A stretch of 64,000 bases of DNA from Pyrodictiaceae archaeon (GTDB lineage Archaea > Thermoproteota > Thermoprotei_A > Sulfolobales > Pyrodictiaceae): the NCBI GenBank assembly GCA_027036135.1, contig JALVSY010000016.1, positions 64,001 through 128,000 on the forward strand. Reading direction: 5' to 3'. The position numbers and the translations under genes were made by a program. The notes beneath the pieces were generated by a model. The model searched no databases and had not been told where the DNA came from. It saw nothing but the letters and a program-made list of their open reading frames with translations. Positions 49,864-59,602 of this stretch are shown piece after piece. The first letter of the stretch is position 1, and each line of letters starts with the position of its first letter.

Positions 49864-51297
49864 TTATGCTTGAGCCTTGCTACGCAGATGAGCCCATATT
49901 CCGGCAATAACGCCTATAGTTATGAGCGAGGCTGCTCCTATCTCTACGTCGCGCTTTAGCTCCTCCACACTTGCACCAACGTATGGTAGCTTCTGGTAGA
50001 AGGGCTCAAAGGAGTCAGTGAATCCGGGCTCTGTACAGCCTATACAGACGCCTCCAGTCCTTGTTGGCCCGCCTACACCGTTCACCCATCCAACCTTGTT
50101 CCATGGGCAGTGGCTTATTGGGCCCTTGCAACCGACCGCGTAGAGACACTGTGCCGTGTTCTCGCCAGGATACTTCCTGAAGTCTCCGGCAGCATACCAT
50201 GCTGCTCTCGGGCACTGCTGGTGTGTTGTCTTGCCGAAAATGTACTTGGGTCTCCAGTACTGGTCTAGCTCTGGTAGGGGTAGCTTACCTAGAGCCCATA
50301 GTATCAGGTTGGCTATTACTCTTAGCTGGCCGTTACCGTTAGCCGGGCATCCCGGAACCGCTACTGCTGGGCGGCAATCGCTCCTTATCTCGCCTGGTGC
50401 TAGCTTGCAGCCTCCGTAGACGAATTTGCGGAAGGGAGCCGCTTCTGGCACTAGGTCTACGAAGCCCTTGAAGTGCCTCCTCTTGTCGGGGAAGAAGCCG
50501 ACCGCACCGGTTGGGCTGTAGCTCCAGCCCTTGCTGCCCCACTTCTCAAACAAGTCGTAACCCATCTTCTTCATAAAGTCTTTTTCAATAACCCTATCAG
50601 CTATTAGGCCACCATAGCAAGCACAATTACCAACAGATATTACTGCTACAGCGTTCTTCAAGAGTCTCCTTATCCACTCAGCACAGCTAATGGGTTTCCC
50701 GTTCTCCTCTCCTATGTAGCAGAAGTAGTCAACTGAGTCGGGTACATTGGTTACTCCGTGCTCTCTTAGTATCTTGCTATCAACTGATATACTTCCCTCG
50801 ATTACGAGTACGTATGGGTTAAGCTTGCCAGCTTCAGCCATTTCTAGTATATCTATCGGACTGGTTAGGAGTATGCCGGGGTTGTAGCCGAGTTTTAGGA
50901 AGGTTTCGAGAGTCTTCCTTAGCGGGTCATTTTGCGGCAGGCTCTGGACGAATTTTTGTAGCTGTTCAGGGCTCATCTTTAGGAACTGTTCTGCATAGCT
51001 GGGTGTCTTTTCACCCCAGCTGAGCATCACCGTCTCATGGTATACTAGCTTAACGGTGCCAGGACCAACTACGGAACTCATACCTCCTAGAATAGCTACA
51101 AGATCCGGGTCGGTTGCCTGTATTAGTGCGGTGGTATTGCCGGCGCAGTCCTGTGCCTCGAACCATATTATGTTAATGCTGCCCTTCTTGACGGCATCCA
51201 TTGCTGCCTTTACTACCTTGCCCCAGTCGAGAGTAGCGAAGAACGCCGTTGTGCCTGCTAGTTTTAGGAATTCTCTCCTAGAGAGTTTGAGACTCAT
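49864..51297 (-). CDS. [NiFe]-hydrogenase small subunit, Tat-exported, C-terminal anchor
   Basis: ATG 51297 with GGGGTG SD; SRREFLK; VIEGS, GNCA, PGCP, HQQCPR, CLYAVGC, CIGC; C-terminal TM. Confidence 0.96.
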   Translation of the reverse strand: MSLKLSRREFLKLAGTTAFFATLDWGKVVKAAMDAVKKGSINIIWFEAQDCAGNTTALIQATDPDLVAILGGMSSVVGPGTVKLVYHETVMLSWGEKTPSYAEQFLKMSPEQLQKFVQSLPQNDPLRKTLETFLKLGYNPGILLTSPIDILEMAEAGKLNPYVLVIEGSISVDSKILREHGVTNVPDSVDYFCYIGEENGKPISCAEWIRRLLKNAVAVISVGNCACYGGLIADRVIEKDFMKKMGYDLFEKWGSKGWSYSPTGAVGFFPDKRRHFKGFVDLVPEAAPFRKFVYGGCKLAPGEIRSDCRPAVAVPGCPANGNGQLRVIANLILWALGKLPLPELDQYWRPKYIFGKTTHQQCPRAAWYAAGDFRKYPGENTAQCLYAVGCKGPISHCPWNKVGWVNGVGGPTRTGGVCIGCTEPGFTDSFEPFYQKLPYVGASVEELKRDVEIGAASLITIGVIAGIWAHLRSKAQA

Positions 51298-51697
51298 CCT
51301 GGTGCACCCCGCATGGAGAGATAGTGCACATTGTGGCGGTCTACTTGTATTTCTTTTGTACACCCTAACATTCTCGGTAGATAATTGCTTACGTGACACG
51401 GTTAAAAACCTATCTACTGGAAACGAAAAGATTCTAATACAGTTCTTTAACACTGTAAAAAAGTGCCGTATCTACATGGATTCTTATTACGATTCTACGA
51501 CCTTTCACGCCGTTTAAATAAAAGTTAATCAAATGCTTTCTTATACTTCATTTTTATTATATATATGCATAATTTTTATTTAAGATATTTACGAAAATAT
51601 ATAAATAAAGGGCTTAGCTCAAATAAATCATCGAAACCATGTACTAAATACCTGTATATACCTCGGAGCCCAATATAAGACATTAATACCGTGGAGA

Positions 51698-52093
51698 GTG
51701 GATAAGGATATGAGTAGCAATGCCCCTAACCTAGAGAAGTGTGACCCACGAGACATCATAGACAAGGTTACACGCGCCCTTCAGAGCCCGGAGTGGAATA
51801 AGTGGTTAAACGAGACTATGCAAGCCTTTGCAGCAGCACTAACGGGTGTTGCTGAGCGGAGAATGAATGACGCGGTTGCCGCGTTGTTTTTAGCACAAGT
51901 TGGTAGTAGTAGTTATGCAGCAGCACGCATGCTTGGCAAGTCCCCCGAGGAAGCCCTTGAGGAAGCTCAGCAAGACCTCTGTAGAATATACACTGCTGCT
52001 CTATGGTTTCTAAGAGAGAGCTTTGAGGCAGGCACTCTCGAAGAGAACTATAAGAACGCACTATCAATGCTAAGTAAGCCCGAGAAGAAGTAG
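51698..52093 (+). CDS. Hypothetical helical protein in hydrogenase locus
   Basis: 131-aa ORF divergent from the small subunit. Confidence 0.7.
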   Translation: MDKDMSSNAPNLEKCDPRDIIDKVTRALQSPEWNKWLNETMQAFAAALTGVAERRMNDAVAALFLAQVGSSSYAAARMLGKSPEEALEEAQQDLCRIYTAALWFLRESFEAGTLEENYKNALSMLSKPEKK

Positions 52094-52142
52094 TCTCTAT
52101 ACCATTATTGTTTTCTTCAAGTATTCTAGTAGGGCTCGCTCG

Positions 52143-52544
52143 GTGATATCTTTGCCGAGCGTTAATGAAGAAAGGAGGAAGGCACTCATAGAGGCTCTTA
52201 GGGAGGTGGCTAGGCTAGCTGGTAGCGTTAATCGATTCGTTGAAGAGGTTAAGGAGGAATTCTTGGAGAGTATCGAGACCGCTATTGGTTATCCTCTCCG
52301 CCCGGAAAAGAGAGCCCTATTGGAGCTGTATAAGCTTAAGCGTATTAATGCCGAGAGCCCCGGAGAGCTTAAGAAGCTTATAGCCCGTTATATGGGGTTA
52401 GAGGACGGGGTGGATATTGTTGGATACCTCCGCTCGCTTGGTAGCAATAGTGCCGGACACCATGGAGAAAGGGGGCCAGGATCTACTATCAATGGTTCTG
52501 AGGCTCAAGGACGAGAAGAGAATAGGGAAATGCATAGTTCTTGA
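52143..52544 (+). CDS. Hypothetical protein in hydrogenase locus
   Basis: 133-aa ORF overlapping the next ORF by 128 bp. Confidence 0.6.
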   Translation: MISLPSVNEERRKALIEALREVARLAGSVNRFVEEVKEEFLESIETAIGYPLRPEKRALLELYKLKRINAESPGELKKLIARYMGLEDGVDIVGYLRSLGSNSAGHHGERGPGSTINGSEAQGREENREMHSS

Positions 52545-52872
52545 AGCCGATATGGATGCCCTAGCCCTGCTAGACGAGCTCAAGAGACTTAACGCCGACA
52601 CATTAGTAGTGCTCGGACCTCTTCACCGCGAAGGCCGGAGGAGAGGGGTCTATGTCTCCGAAGTGAAGCCCGAGAAAGGCCCAGAGAATCCCTCGAGGCT
52701 TGTAAAGGAGCTATGGGGGAACCTTACTGGTAGCCTGCGGCTAGAGGACTATGTGGCTGCACTCCGCATACTCTATGACCGTGTTTTCTATGTTGCTGAG
52801 TGCGAGCCCGGCGAGGAGAGTAGGTGTAGCGATGTTGTTGAGAAGTGGCTCAGGGAGTACTGTGAGGCCTAG
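52417..52872 (+). CDS. Degenerate hydrogenase-maturation-protease-like protein
   Basis: Pattern LLDEL...DTLVVLG...REGR..GVYV.EV...L.LEDY...VAECEP parallels the HycI/HyaD fold, but the GN...DDG motif is absent. Confidence 0.55.
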   Translation: MLDTSARLVAIVPDTMEKGGQDLLSMVLRLKDEKRIGKCIVLEADMDALALLDELKRLNADTLVVLGPLHREGRRRGVYVSEVKPEKGPENPSRLVKELWGNLTGSLRLEDYVAALRILYDRVFYVAECEPGEESRCSDVVEKWLREYCEA

Positions 52873-53419
52873 GGTACTTGTATTTGGTATGGGGAACACC
52901 TTCTACGGGGACGACGGGATAGGTTATTGCCTAGCCAAGGCGCTGAGGGAATGTGCTAGCCTGGAGGGAGTTGAGCTAGTCTCCATACAAGCGCTTAACC
53001 CCGGTCACAGCAGCCTCCTCGAGGGCTATGATCACGTAGTCTTCATAGATGCTCTTGTCGATCCAGAAGCTCCTCAAGATGCAGAAATAATTGTGCATGA
53101 GCTGGATCCGTCAAAGCTAGACTCGGCTGACATAGTCCTAGCTATAGAGGGTATAGAGCCGCACAGCCTCGACCCATTAAAGCTACTGGTCTTAGCGAGG
53201 GCTGCTAACCTGTTTCACGGCAAGGGCTACCTCATAGGGATAAGGCCTGAGAGAATAGAGTTCAACAAACCATTGTCGCAAAATGTTATCAAAAGGGGGA
53301 TGAAGGCGGTCACTAAGCTAGAAGAGATTATGAATAAACTCGGCCTCAGACCGAGAATAGACTATGGATGCGTTGAGGGGTTTCTGCGGAGCAGGTGCCG
53401 CGGCCCATTACTTGACTAG
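52862..53419 (+). CDS. Hydrogenase maturation endopeptidase (HyaD/HycI family)
   Basis: VLVFGMGN.FYGDDGIG, FIDA, PHS, GIRPE; GTG 52862 likely start. Confidence 0.92.
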   Translation: MRPRVLVFGMGNTFYGDDGIGYCLAKALRECASLEGVELVSIQALNPGHSSLLEGYDHVVFIDALVDPEAPQDAEIIVHELDPSKLDSADIVLAIEGIEPHSLDPLKLLVLARAANLFHGKGYLIGIRPERIEFNKPLSQNVIKRGMKAVTKLEEIMNKLGLRPRIDYGCVEGFLRSRCRGPLLD

Positions 53420-55743
53420 TGTCGCGGCTTCTCAAGCTCATCGATGCGGGCAGCTGCAACCATGATTTGTCCGACAGCCACTCCGCCGTCTCCAGGCGGC
53501 AACTTTCTCTGCAAGAGAAGCTCTAAGCCATGCCTGCGTAGAGCTTGTCTTATTCCCTGGACTATGTATGTATTTACTGCTGCTCCACCAGTAACGAGTA
53601 CTTGTGGCTCAGTGTTCTTCGCTAGCCTTGCTGCCGCCTCTCCCATTGCTCTACCAAGGGCTTTCTGAAGAGTCATAGCCATGTCCATTAACTGGTATTT
53701 TTCAATATTTTCCAGAACCCATCCTAGGAGGCGCCGAGTATCAACTACTAGTCTCCCATCGAGCATTATTAGCGGCGGTGTGTATCCCAGGTCTCTGCCC
53801 CCTCTCGCCGCTGCTTCTAGCCTCATAGCCGGCTCACCCTCGTAGCCACGGTGCCACGAGACGCCGAGGAGTGCTGAGAAGGAGTCAAGTGTCCTACCCA
53901 TACTGGTTGTTAGCGGTGAGCCCCTACCTGCTTGGCGATAAGCTATGCGTGCCTCTAGCTCGCCGTGAGGAAGCTTATCCCTGCTAAGCAGCCCCCTGCT
54001 CGAGAGCAGCTCTATTACCTCTTCCTCGCTGTACCCGCTTGCCCTCATCAAGCCGATGAGGGCCCTTACTGGCCACTCTACGGCACGCTCTCCCCCGGGT
54101 AGTGTGAATGGGTATAGGCTCGCCCCTCTGGTGAAGTCCTCGTAGCTCGCTACGAGGACCTCGCCGCCCCAGACGGTGCCGTCAAGCCCATACCCCGTGC
54201 CATCGATTGTTATTGCTACTCGCTTCTCCCCAGGACCTATCCCGTGCTCGGCCATGGCGCTAGCAGCGTGCGCATGGTGATGCTGAACCTCGACTAGTTC
54301 GGCGCCATACTCTTCTGCCAGGCGAGCCGCGAGCCCCCTGTTATGGTATCCCGGGTGCATGTCGAGAGCAATGAATCTTGGCCGTAGCCCGTAGACTCTT
54401 ATGAACCATCTAAGCTCTTTCTCTAGGTCCTCGACCTGGCCTGGCTCATCCATGTCGCCGATGAACTGGGTGGGTACGACCTTGTCCTCGAACGATACTG
54501 CTCCCGCCGATTGTAGCTCAGCGCCGACAGCTACCCCCTCCGGCAGCTCTGTGTTGACGCGTATCCATGCAGGTGCGTAGCCTCTCGCGCGGCGCAGGAA
54601 GACTAGCTCTCCATCAGTGTAGCGTAGCACGCTGTCATCTACTCGGTGGACTATCTCCCTCTCATGAGTAATCACGTAATCCGCTATGCTAGCTAGATGA
54701 GTAAAGACGCACTCTATGTCTGTACACATCGGGTACCCTGTCTCGTTGCCACTCGTCATTATTAGGAAGCCATCGCTTAGCTCCTCTAGCAACATTACCT
54801 GGAACCCGGTATACGGCAACATTACCCCAATGGTATCCAGCCCGGGTGCCACTAGCTCAGATACCGGGGAGCCGCTGCGCTTTGGTAGGAGCAGTATAGG
54901 TCTCTCAGCGCTACGCAAGACAGCACAGGCACCGGGCGGTGGCTCAGCTATCTTCTCTACGACGCTGCAATCCCTTGCCATGAGCGCGAATGGCTTGGTA
55001 GGCCTCCTCTTCCTCCGACGAAGCTCTGCTACCACGTCATCGCGGCTAGCGAGCGCGGCAAGGTGATAGCCTCCGACACCCTTTATAGCAAGTATGTAGC
55101 CCTCCTCTATGCGCCTAGCAGCCCACCTAACCGGGTCATCAACCTCTATGACTCGGCCACTCATGTCATAGACTATTGTTCTCGGGCCACAATGCTTACA
55201 GCTAATTCCCTGAGCGTGGAACCGCCTGATGTTCTCCGGGTCCTCGTAGTCATGCCTACAATCAAGACATAGGGGGAAGCCCCTCATCGATGTATTCTCT
55301 CTATCATAGGGGACATCATACATCATCGAGAATCTTGGCCCGCACCAAGCACAGCTATTCCACGGGTAGCGATAATAGCGAGTAGACGGGTCATGAATCT
55401 CCCTTACACAATGCGGACAAATGCCGAAATCTGGTGGTATCATACTCCTCTTGCTCTTTCTCTTCTCGCTCCGCTTTATCATGAAGCGCTCATAGCCCCT
55501 TGGAGAGGTCTCCTCTACTTCGAGTTCCTCGATCCTAGCTGGGGGCGGCTTCTCCTCGTAGAGCCCTTTGAGAAAGCTCTCGAGCTGCTCCGGGTCTCCC
55601 TCTATCCATATCTCGACCTCGCTACCGCCGAGATTGATGACGTAGCCGCTTAGCTTCCTAGAGACAGCTAGTCTATAGACGAAGGGGCGGAACCCAACAC
55701 CTTGCACTATGCCAGTGACTCTTAGCCGAATCGCCTTCCTCAA
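53416..55743 (-). CDS. hypF: Carbamoyltransferase HypF
   Basis: GIVQGVGFRPF, Zn fingers, KGVGGYHL, QHHHAH, DGTGYG.DG. Confidence 0.98.
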   Translation of the reverse strand: MRKAIRLRVTGIVQGVGFRPFVYRLAVSRKLSGYVINLGGSEVEIWIEGDPEQLESFLKGLYEEKPPPARIEELEVEETSPRGYERFMIKRSEKRKSKRSMIPPDFGICPHCVREIHDPSTRYYRYPWNSCAWCGPRFSMMYDVPYDRENTSMRGFPLCLDCRHDYEDPENIRRFHAQGISCKHCGPRTIVYDMSGRVIEVDDPVRWAARRIEEGYILAIKGVGGYHLAALASRDDVVAELRRRKRRPTKPFALMARDCSVVEKIAEPPPGACAVLRSAERPILLLPKRSGSPVSELVAPGLDTIGVMLPYTGFQVMLLEELSDGFLIMTSGNETGYPMCTDIECVFTHLASIADYVITHEREIVHRVDDSVLRYTDGELVFLRRARGYAPAWIRVNTELPEGVAVGAELQSAGAVSFEDKVVPTQFIGDMDEPGQVEDLEKELRWFIRVYGLRPRFIALDMHPGYHNRGLAARLAEEYGAELVEVQHHHAHAASAMAEHGIGPGEKRVAITIDGTGYGLDGTVWGGEVLVASYEDFTRGASLYPFTLPGGERAVEWPVRALIGLMRASGYSEEEVIELLSSRGLLSRDKLPHGELEARIAYRQAGRGSPLTTSMGRTLDSFSALLGVSWHRGYEGEPAMRLEAAARGGRDLGYTPPLIMLDGRLVVDTRRLLGWVLENIEKYQLMDMAMTLQKALGRAMGEAAARLAKNTEPQVLVTGGAAVNTYIVQGIRQALRRHGLELLLQRKLPPGDGGVAVGQIMVAAARIDELEKPRH

Positions 55744-55897
55744 CTCATAAGCACCGTAGAGTCTTCAAAGAGCATAGGAGTACTTGTTTCAACTCCACGT
55801 TAGGATGTATGTTAATAACAAAAAGGAGGAGTATTGTTGCTCCTTCTAGTAGAGATGGAATACGCTTCGAAGCCGCTACGCTGCCTCTGCCGATTCG

Positions 55898-56959
55898 TTA
55901 GCATATGCGTGGCACTATTTCGCCGCTCGGCGGCTCGAGTATCCGTACTCCGCCCGTCACACTTCTCAACAATACTCTACCAACATGCCTCGGATCCTTG
56001 GCCTCGTATACCTGGCCTATTATGCTAGCCTCTTTGTAGCCAAGGCTATGGATATACTCTAGTATCTCCTCCGCCTTGTCTCCCTGCACTGCGAGTACTG
56101 CTGCTCCCTCGTTAGCTAGGCTAAGGGGATCCACTCCCAGCATCTCCGCGTATTCCTTCACTTGCGGCCTTATCGGTATTTTCTCTTCCTCTATCACTAT
56201 TACTGTCTTGGTTTTCTCTGCCCAGTCATTGACCAGCATTGCTATGCCTCCACGGGTCGGGTCGCCTGCTCCATGTATATAGGGACGGTACTTCTCTAGG
56301 AGTGGGAGCATGAGGCTTGTTAGGGGCTTTACATCGCTCTCAACGTCGAACTTTACTCCTATTGATTGCTGTGCAGCCAGTATTGCTGCCCCGTGATCGC
56401 CTACGTACCCTGTCACGATTATCTTGTCCCCGGGTTTTATCTCGCGGTCATCAATAGGTTTCCCCTCTACTATCCCTATACCGGTCGAGGCTATTACTAT
56501 CCCGTCTACTTGGCCCTTCGGCATGACCTTGAAGTCCCCACCTATTATTGCTACATCGTTGCTAGTGAGTGTTGAGACATAGCTATCTATGATCTTCTTT
56601 AGCTGCTCCGTGGGAAACCCTTCCTCAGCTATTATCGCGTCGAGAGCAGCCACGGGCTTGGCGCCAACCATTAGGAGGTCGTTTATAGTGCCGCTTGCAG
56701 CTAGTTTCCCTATGTTGCCCCCGGGGAAGAATATCGGCTTAACAGTATAGGAGTCAATGGTGACTGCTATGTACTTGTCCCGGGCTATGGGGATGAGTGC
56801 TGAGTCGTCCAGCGCGTCTAGCCCTGTCCCGCCCTCAACTCTCCAGTACTTGGGCGGAACTGAGTCCACTATCAAGTGCTTAATCAAGTCTTCTGTTTCT
56901 TTTCCACCGGCGCCGTGAGCGAGTGTTAGTAGCCGCCAGAGCCTCACATACCAAGTCAC
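55898..56959 (-). CDS. hypE: Hydrogenase maturation factor HypE
   Basis: LAHGAGG, FFPGGNIG, DPTRGG, ANEG, C-terminal PRIC. Confidence 0.97.
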   Translation of the reverse strand: MTWYVRLWRLLTLAHGAGGKETEDLIKHLIVDSVPPKYWRVEGGTGLDALDDSALIPIARDKYIAVTIDSYTVKPIFFPGGNIGKLAASGTINDLLMVGAKPVAALDAIIAEEGFPTEQLKKIIDSYVSTLTSNDVAIIGGDFKVMPKGQVDGIVIASTGIGIVEGKPIDDREIKPGDKIIVTGYVGDHGAAILAAQQSIGVKFDVESDVKPLTSLMLPLLEKYRPYIHGAGDPTRGGIAMLVNDWAEKTKTVIVIEEEKIPIRPQVKEYAEMLGVDPLSLANEGAAVLAVQGDKAEEILEYIHSLGYKEASIIGQVYEAKDPRHVGRVLLRSVTGGVRILEPPSGEIVPRIC

Positions 56960-57234
56960 TTAGTCTCACCCTTCTCTGACCCGATGTATTCGAAGAGCTG
57001 GCTAGCCTTTGTCTCAAGATCCTCTATGAACTCGTTTATCGCCTTAACTAGCTCTTCTGCGCGCTCCGGCTTAAGCTTCTCAATAATGATGCCAGCATGT
57101 ACTATGACTATGTCGCCTGGCTTAAGGTCCTCGTAGGCACCGCCATAGACTTCGCGTAGAACACCGTCACCGAAATCAACTAGTACGATGTCGCCTTTTA
57201 CCTCTTTTACCTCGGCCGGGATACCTAGGCACAT
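56956..57234 (-). CDS. hypC: Hydrogenase chaperone HypC
   Basis: MCLGIP start, VIVHAG. Confidence 0.96.
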   Translation of the reverse strand: MCLGIPAEVKEVKGDIVLVDFGDGVLREVYGGAYEDLKPGDIVIVHAGIIIEKLKPERAEELVKAINEFIEDLETKASQLFEYIGSEKGETK

Positions 57235-57302
57235 ATCTTTGACCCCTCCTATTCACTTACCTATTGCACTTAATCTGGGCCTCGTCTAAAAAGCTAGAGA
57301 GA

Positions 57303-58502
57303 CTAGACGATTCCAAGGCTCTTTGCTATATCCTCTGCGAGTCCCCCGCCACCGAACCTTGCCCATACAGCACATGTGCCTTCACTGCTAACCATGCACG
57401 GCCCGTAGGGTGTGCCCGGTGTACAAGTCTTCATGAAGTGTGGACAATCAGTTGGCTTGGCTAATCCCAGAGTTACCTCAGCGCATTTACACCCTGGTGG
57501 CAGGTCATATTTCCATTCCTCGGGGCTTAGCTCCTTTATGCCATACTGGTGAAGAGCATCAACCGCTCTATACTTCTCGCGGAAGGCTAGCCCGCTCTCT
57601 GGCACGAAGCCTATGCCGCGCCAAGCTGCATCAACTACTTCGCAGCACTCGCTTATCTGCCGCTGCGCAATAACATTCCCTTCCCACGTGACCACACGCG
57701 TATACTCATTTACTAGCCGTGGCTTACCCTCCACGTGTTGTCGCAATATCTCGAGAATGGCTAGCAATATATCGATAGGTTCAAAGCCGGCAACAACAGT
57801 AGGTATACCGTAATCATCTACAACGAATCTCCATGCACGAGCACCAACAATTGTAGAGACGTGGCCTGGTGCAATAACCCCCCTTATAGGGTTATCGCGA
57901 TGATTCTCGAACGTATACTTCATTATTGGGGGTGTTAGGCGGTGAACATTGATTATCGTGAGGTTCCTTGGCACATGACCCTTAACGACAGGAGAGGCGG
58001 TTGAGGGAGCTGTGGTCTCGAAACCTACCGCGAAGAAGACACTCTCCTTGCCATCCTCTCTTGCCATACGTATAGCGTCAAGAATACCGTAAACAACGAC
58101 AACGTTGCCTCCAGCAGCCCTGGCCTCCTCGAGGCTACGTATATCCTTGCCCCGTTTACCGGAGCCAGGAAGCTTATATGCATCACCAAAAGTGAACACT
58201 CTTATACCCTCAAGGCTCAGCTTTATAGCAACATCAACATAGTATGCTGGCGTGATACAAACCGGGCAACCAGGACCCGCTACGAGCTCGATCTCTGGTG
58301 GCATTAGGCTACGGAGACCAAAGTGAGTAATAGTATACTCATGGGTGCCACAGAAATCCATTATCTTTATCGGTGACTGCCCAGTTTTCTCCACAGCATT
58401 TGGAGCTAGCTCGTGTATTTTCTTAACAATCTTCCTAGCGTACTCGTTTCTCCGCAGGAACTCCTCGAGCCTCTTGATAAGCTCTGCTCCGCCTTGCTGC
58501 AA
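57303..58502 (-). CDS. hypD: Hydrogenase maturation factor HypD
   Basis: CGTHE, GPGCPVC, GFETT, PGHVS, CMVSSEGTC; TTG 58502 likely start. Confidence 0.97.
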   Translation of the reverse strand: MQQGGAELIKRLEEFLRRNEYARKIVKKIHELAPNAVEKTGQSPIKIMDFCGTHEYTITHFGLRSLMPPEIELVAGPGCPVCITPAYYVDVAIKLSLEGIRVFTFGDAYKLPGSGKRGKDIRSLEEARAAGGNVVVVYGILDAIRMAREDGKESVFFAVGFETTAPSTASPVVKGHVPRNLTIINVHRLTPPIMKYTFENHRDNPIRGVIAPGHVSTIVGARAWRFVVDDYGIPTVVAGFEPIDILLAILEILRQHVEGKPRLVNEYTRVVTWEGNVIAQRQISECCEVVDAAWRGIGFVPESGLAFREKYRAVDALHQYGIKELSPEEWKYDLPPGCKCAEVTLGLAKPTDCPHFMKTCTPGTPYGPCMVSSEGTCAVWARFGGGGLAEDIAKSLGIV

Positions 58503-58578
58503 GATTAGTGCACCACTCCACTTAGCCCGGAGCACCGGCAACTAGGGGTACAAGAATTTTTTGTAATGCCTTCTATCT

Positions 58579-59490
58579 CTATACTTTTACACTCACTTGC
58601 AGAGGCTCTGTTGTAAGCCTTAACGAATAGAAACGCCTATCTAGGATGCCTGCTAGGCGCTTCATTATTGCCTGCTTATTCTCCATCCCCGGTACCATGA
58701 TAAGAACCCTTTTTTTCAGATACCATCCCCGAAGAGCGCCCTCCTCGACTAACCGATCAAGAATACCTGCTAGCTTATCTTCGGCCATCCCGGTATCTAC
58801 GCTAAAGCCGCGGGCCTCCTGCAGAAAAGCCTCGAGCCCCGGCCTGGATAGAAGCCGTGCAAGTCTGGGCGATGCAGCCTCGTAGAGCCTCTTCCCGAGA
58901 ACCTTATGCATTTCTCTAGTCTCCATGGAGCCTAGAACTGCTGCGAGGATCTCTAAGCGTGGCACGGGGTAGCTCTCTACACTTGCTATCCCAGGCCCGC
59001 CGGGCGCCACGCGTATCTCTAGACCACGTCCATGGAGCATTGCTACTACGTCTCCTAGACCTGTCTCGGCCCTAATTTCGGCCTCATGCGCGATACTAGC
59101 AGACTCTAGTAGGCCCATTCCGCTGAGAAGACCGGCGCCAAGGGCTATGCCGAGGGCTATGCCAGCGGAGACAGCGAAACCGGCGCCGAGTGGGACCGGG
59201 GAGGATATGCGTATATGCGCGGGCGTAGCGCTGTTCATTAGGTTAAGGGTTTCAGAGGCTATGCTCGGCAAGCCGCTTAGCTGCTTACCCTCCACGGTTA
59301 TGTCGATGCGCCACTCCTTTGCCGGTACAGCCTCTACCTCGATGCCCGGCTCCATTAATAACCCGGCACCCAGGCTACCCGATAGAAGCGGACTATGCCT
59401 CCAGACTGGTATCCAGAGCCCCGTAACGTGCAACGGGATCCATAGCTTGACGCGCTTTACCAAGCAGTATTCCCGGAATACGTTATCCAT
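58579..59490 (-). CDS. Pantoate kinase (GHMP family)
   Basis: PLHVTG, GSLGAG, PLGAGFAVSAG, AHEAE...TGLGDV, PGGPG; divergent from coaBC; start uncertain. Confidence 0.88.
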   Translation of the reverse strand: MDNVFREYCLVKRVKLWIPLHVTGLWIPVWRHSPLLSGSLGAGLLMEPGIEVEAVPAKEWRIDITVEGKQLSGLPSIASETLNLMNSATPAHIRISSPVPLGAGFAVSAGIALGIALGAGLLSGMGLLESASIAHEAEIRAETGLGDVVAMLHGRGLEIRVAPGGPGIASVESYPVPRLEILAAVLGSMETREMHKVLGKRLYEAASPRLARLLSRPGLEAFLQEARGFSVDTGMAEDKLAGILDRLVEEGALRGWYLKKRVLIMVPGMENKQAIMKRLAGILDRRFYSLRLTTEPLQVSVKV

Positions 59491-59602
59491 CCTCCCAAAA
59501 GAATTATTGTTAATCATTGTATGGCTTCTCCCGGCTCTGTACGGGCTCCTTAATACCCGGCTAGGCCCCGTTCTATGAGCTGGGGGAAGGGTTTCTCCTA
59601 GG

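Noticed and set aside
51298-51453. N-terminal extension of the small subunit in the ORF track
   Set aside because: It is AT-rich promoter DNA. ATG 51297 has an SD motif and directly precedes the Tat motif.
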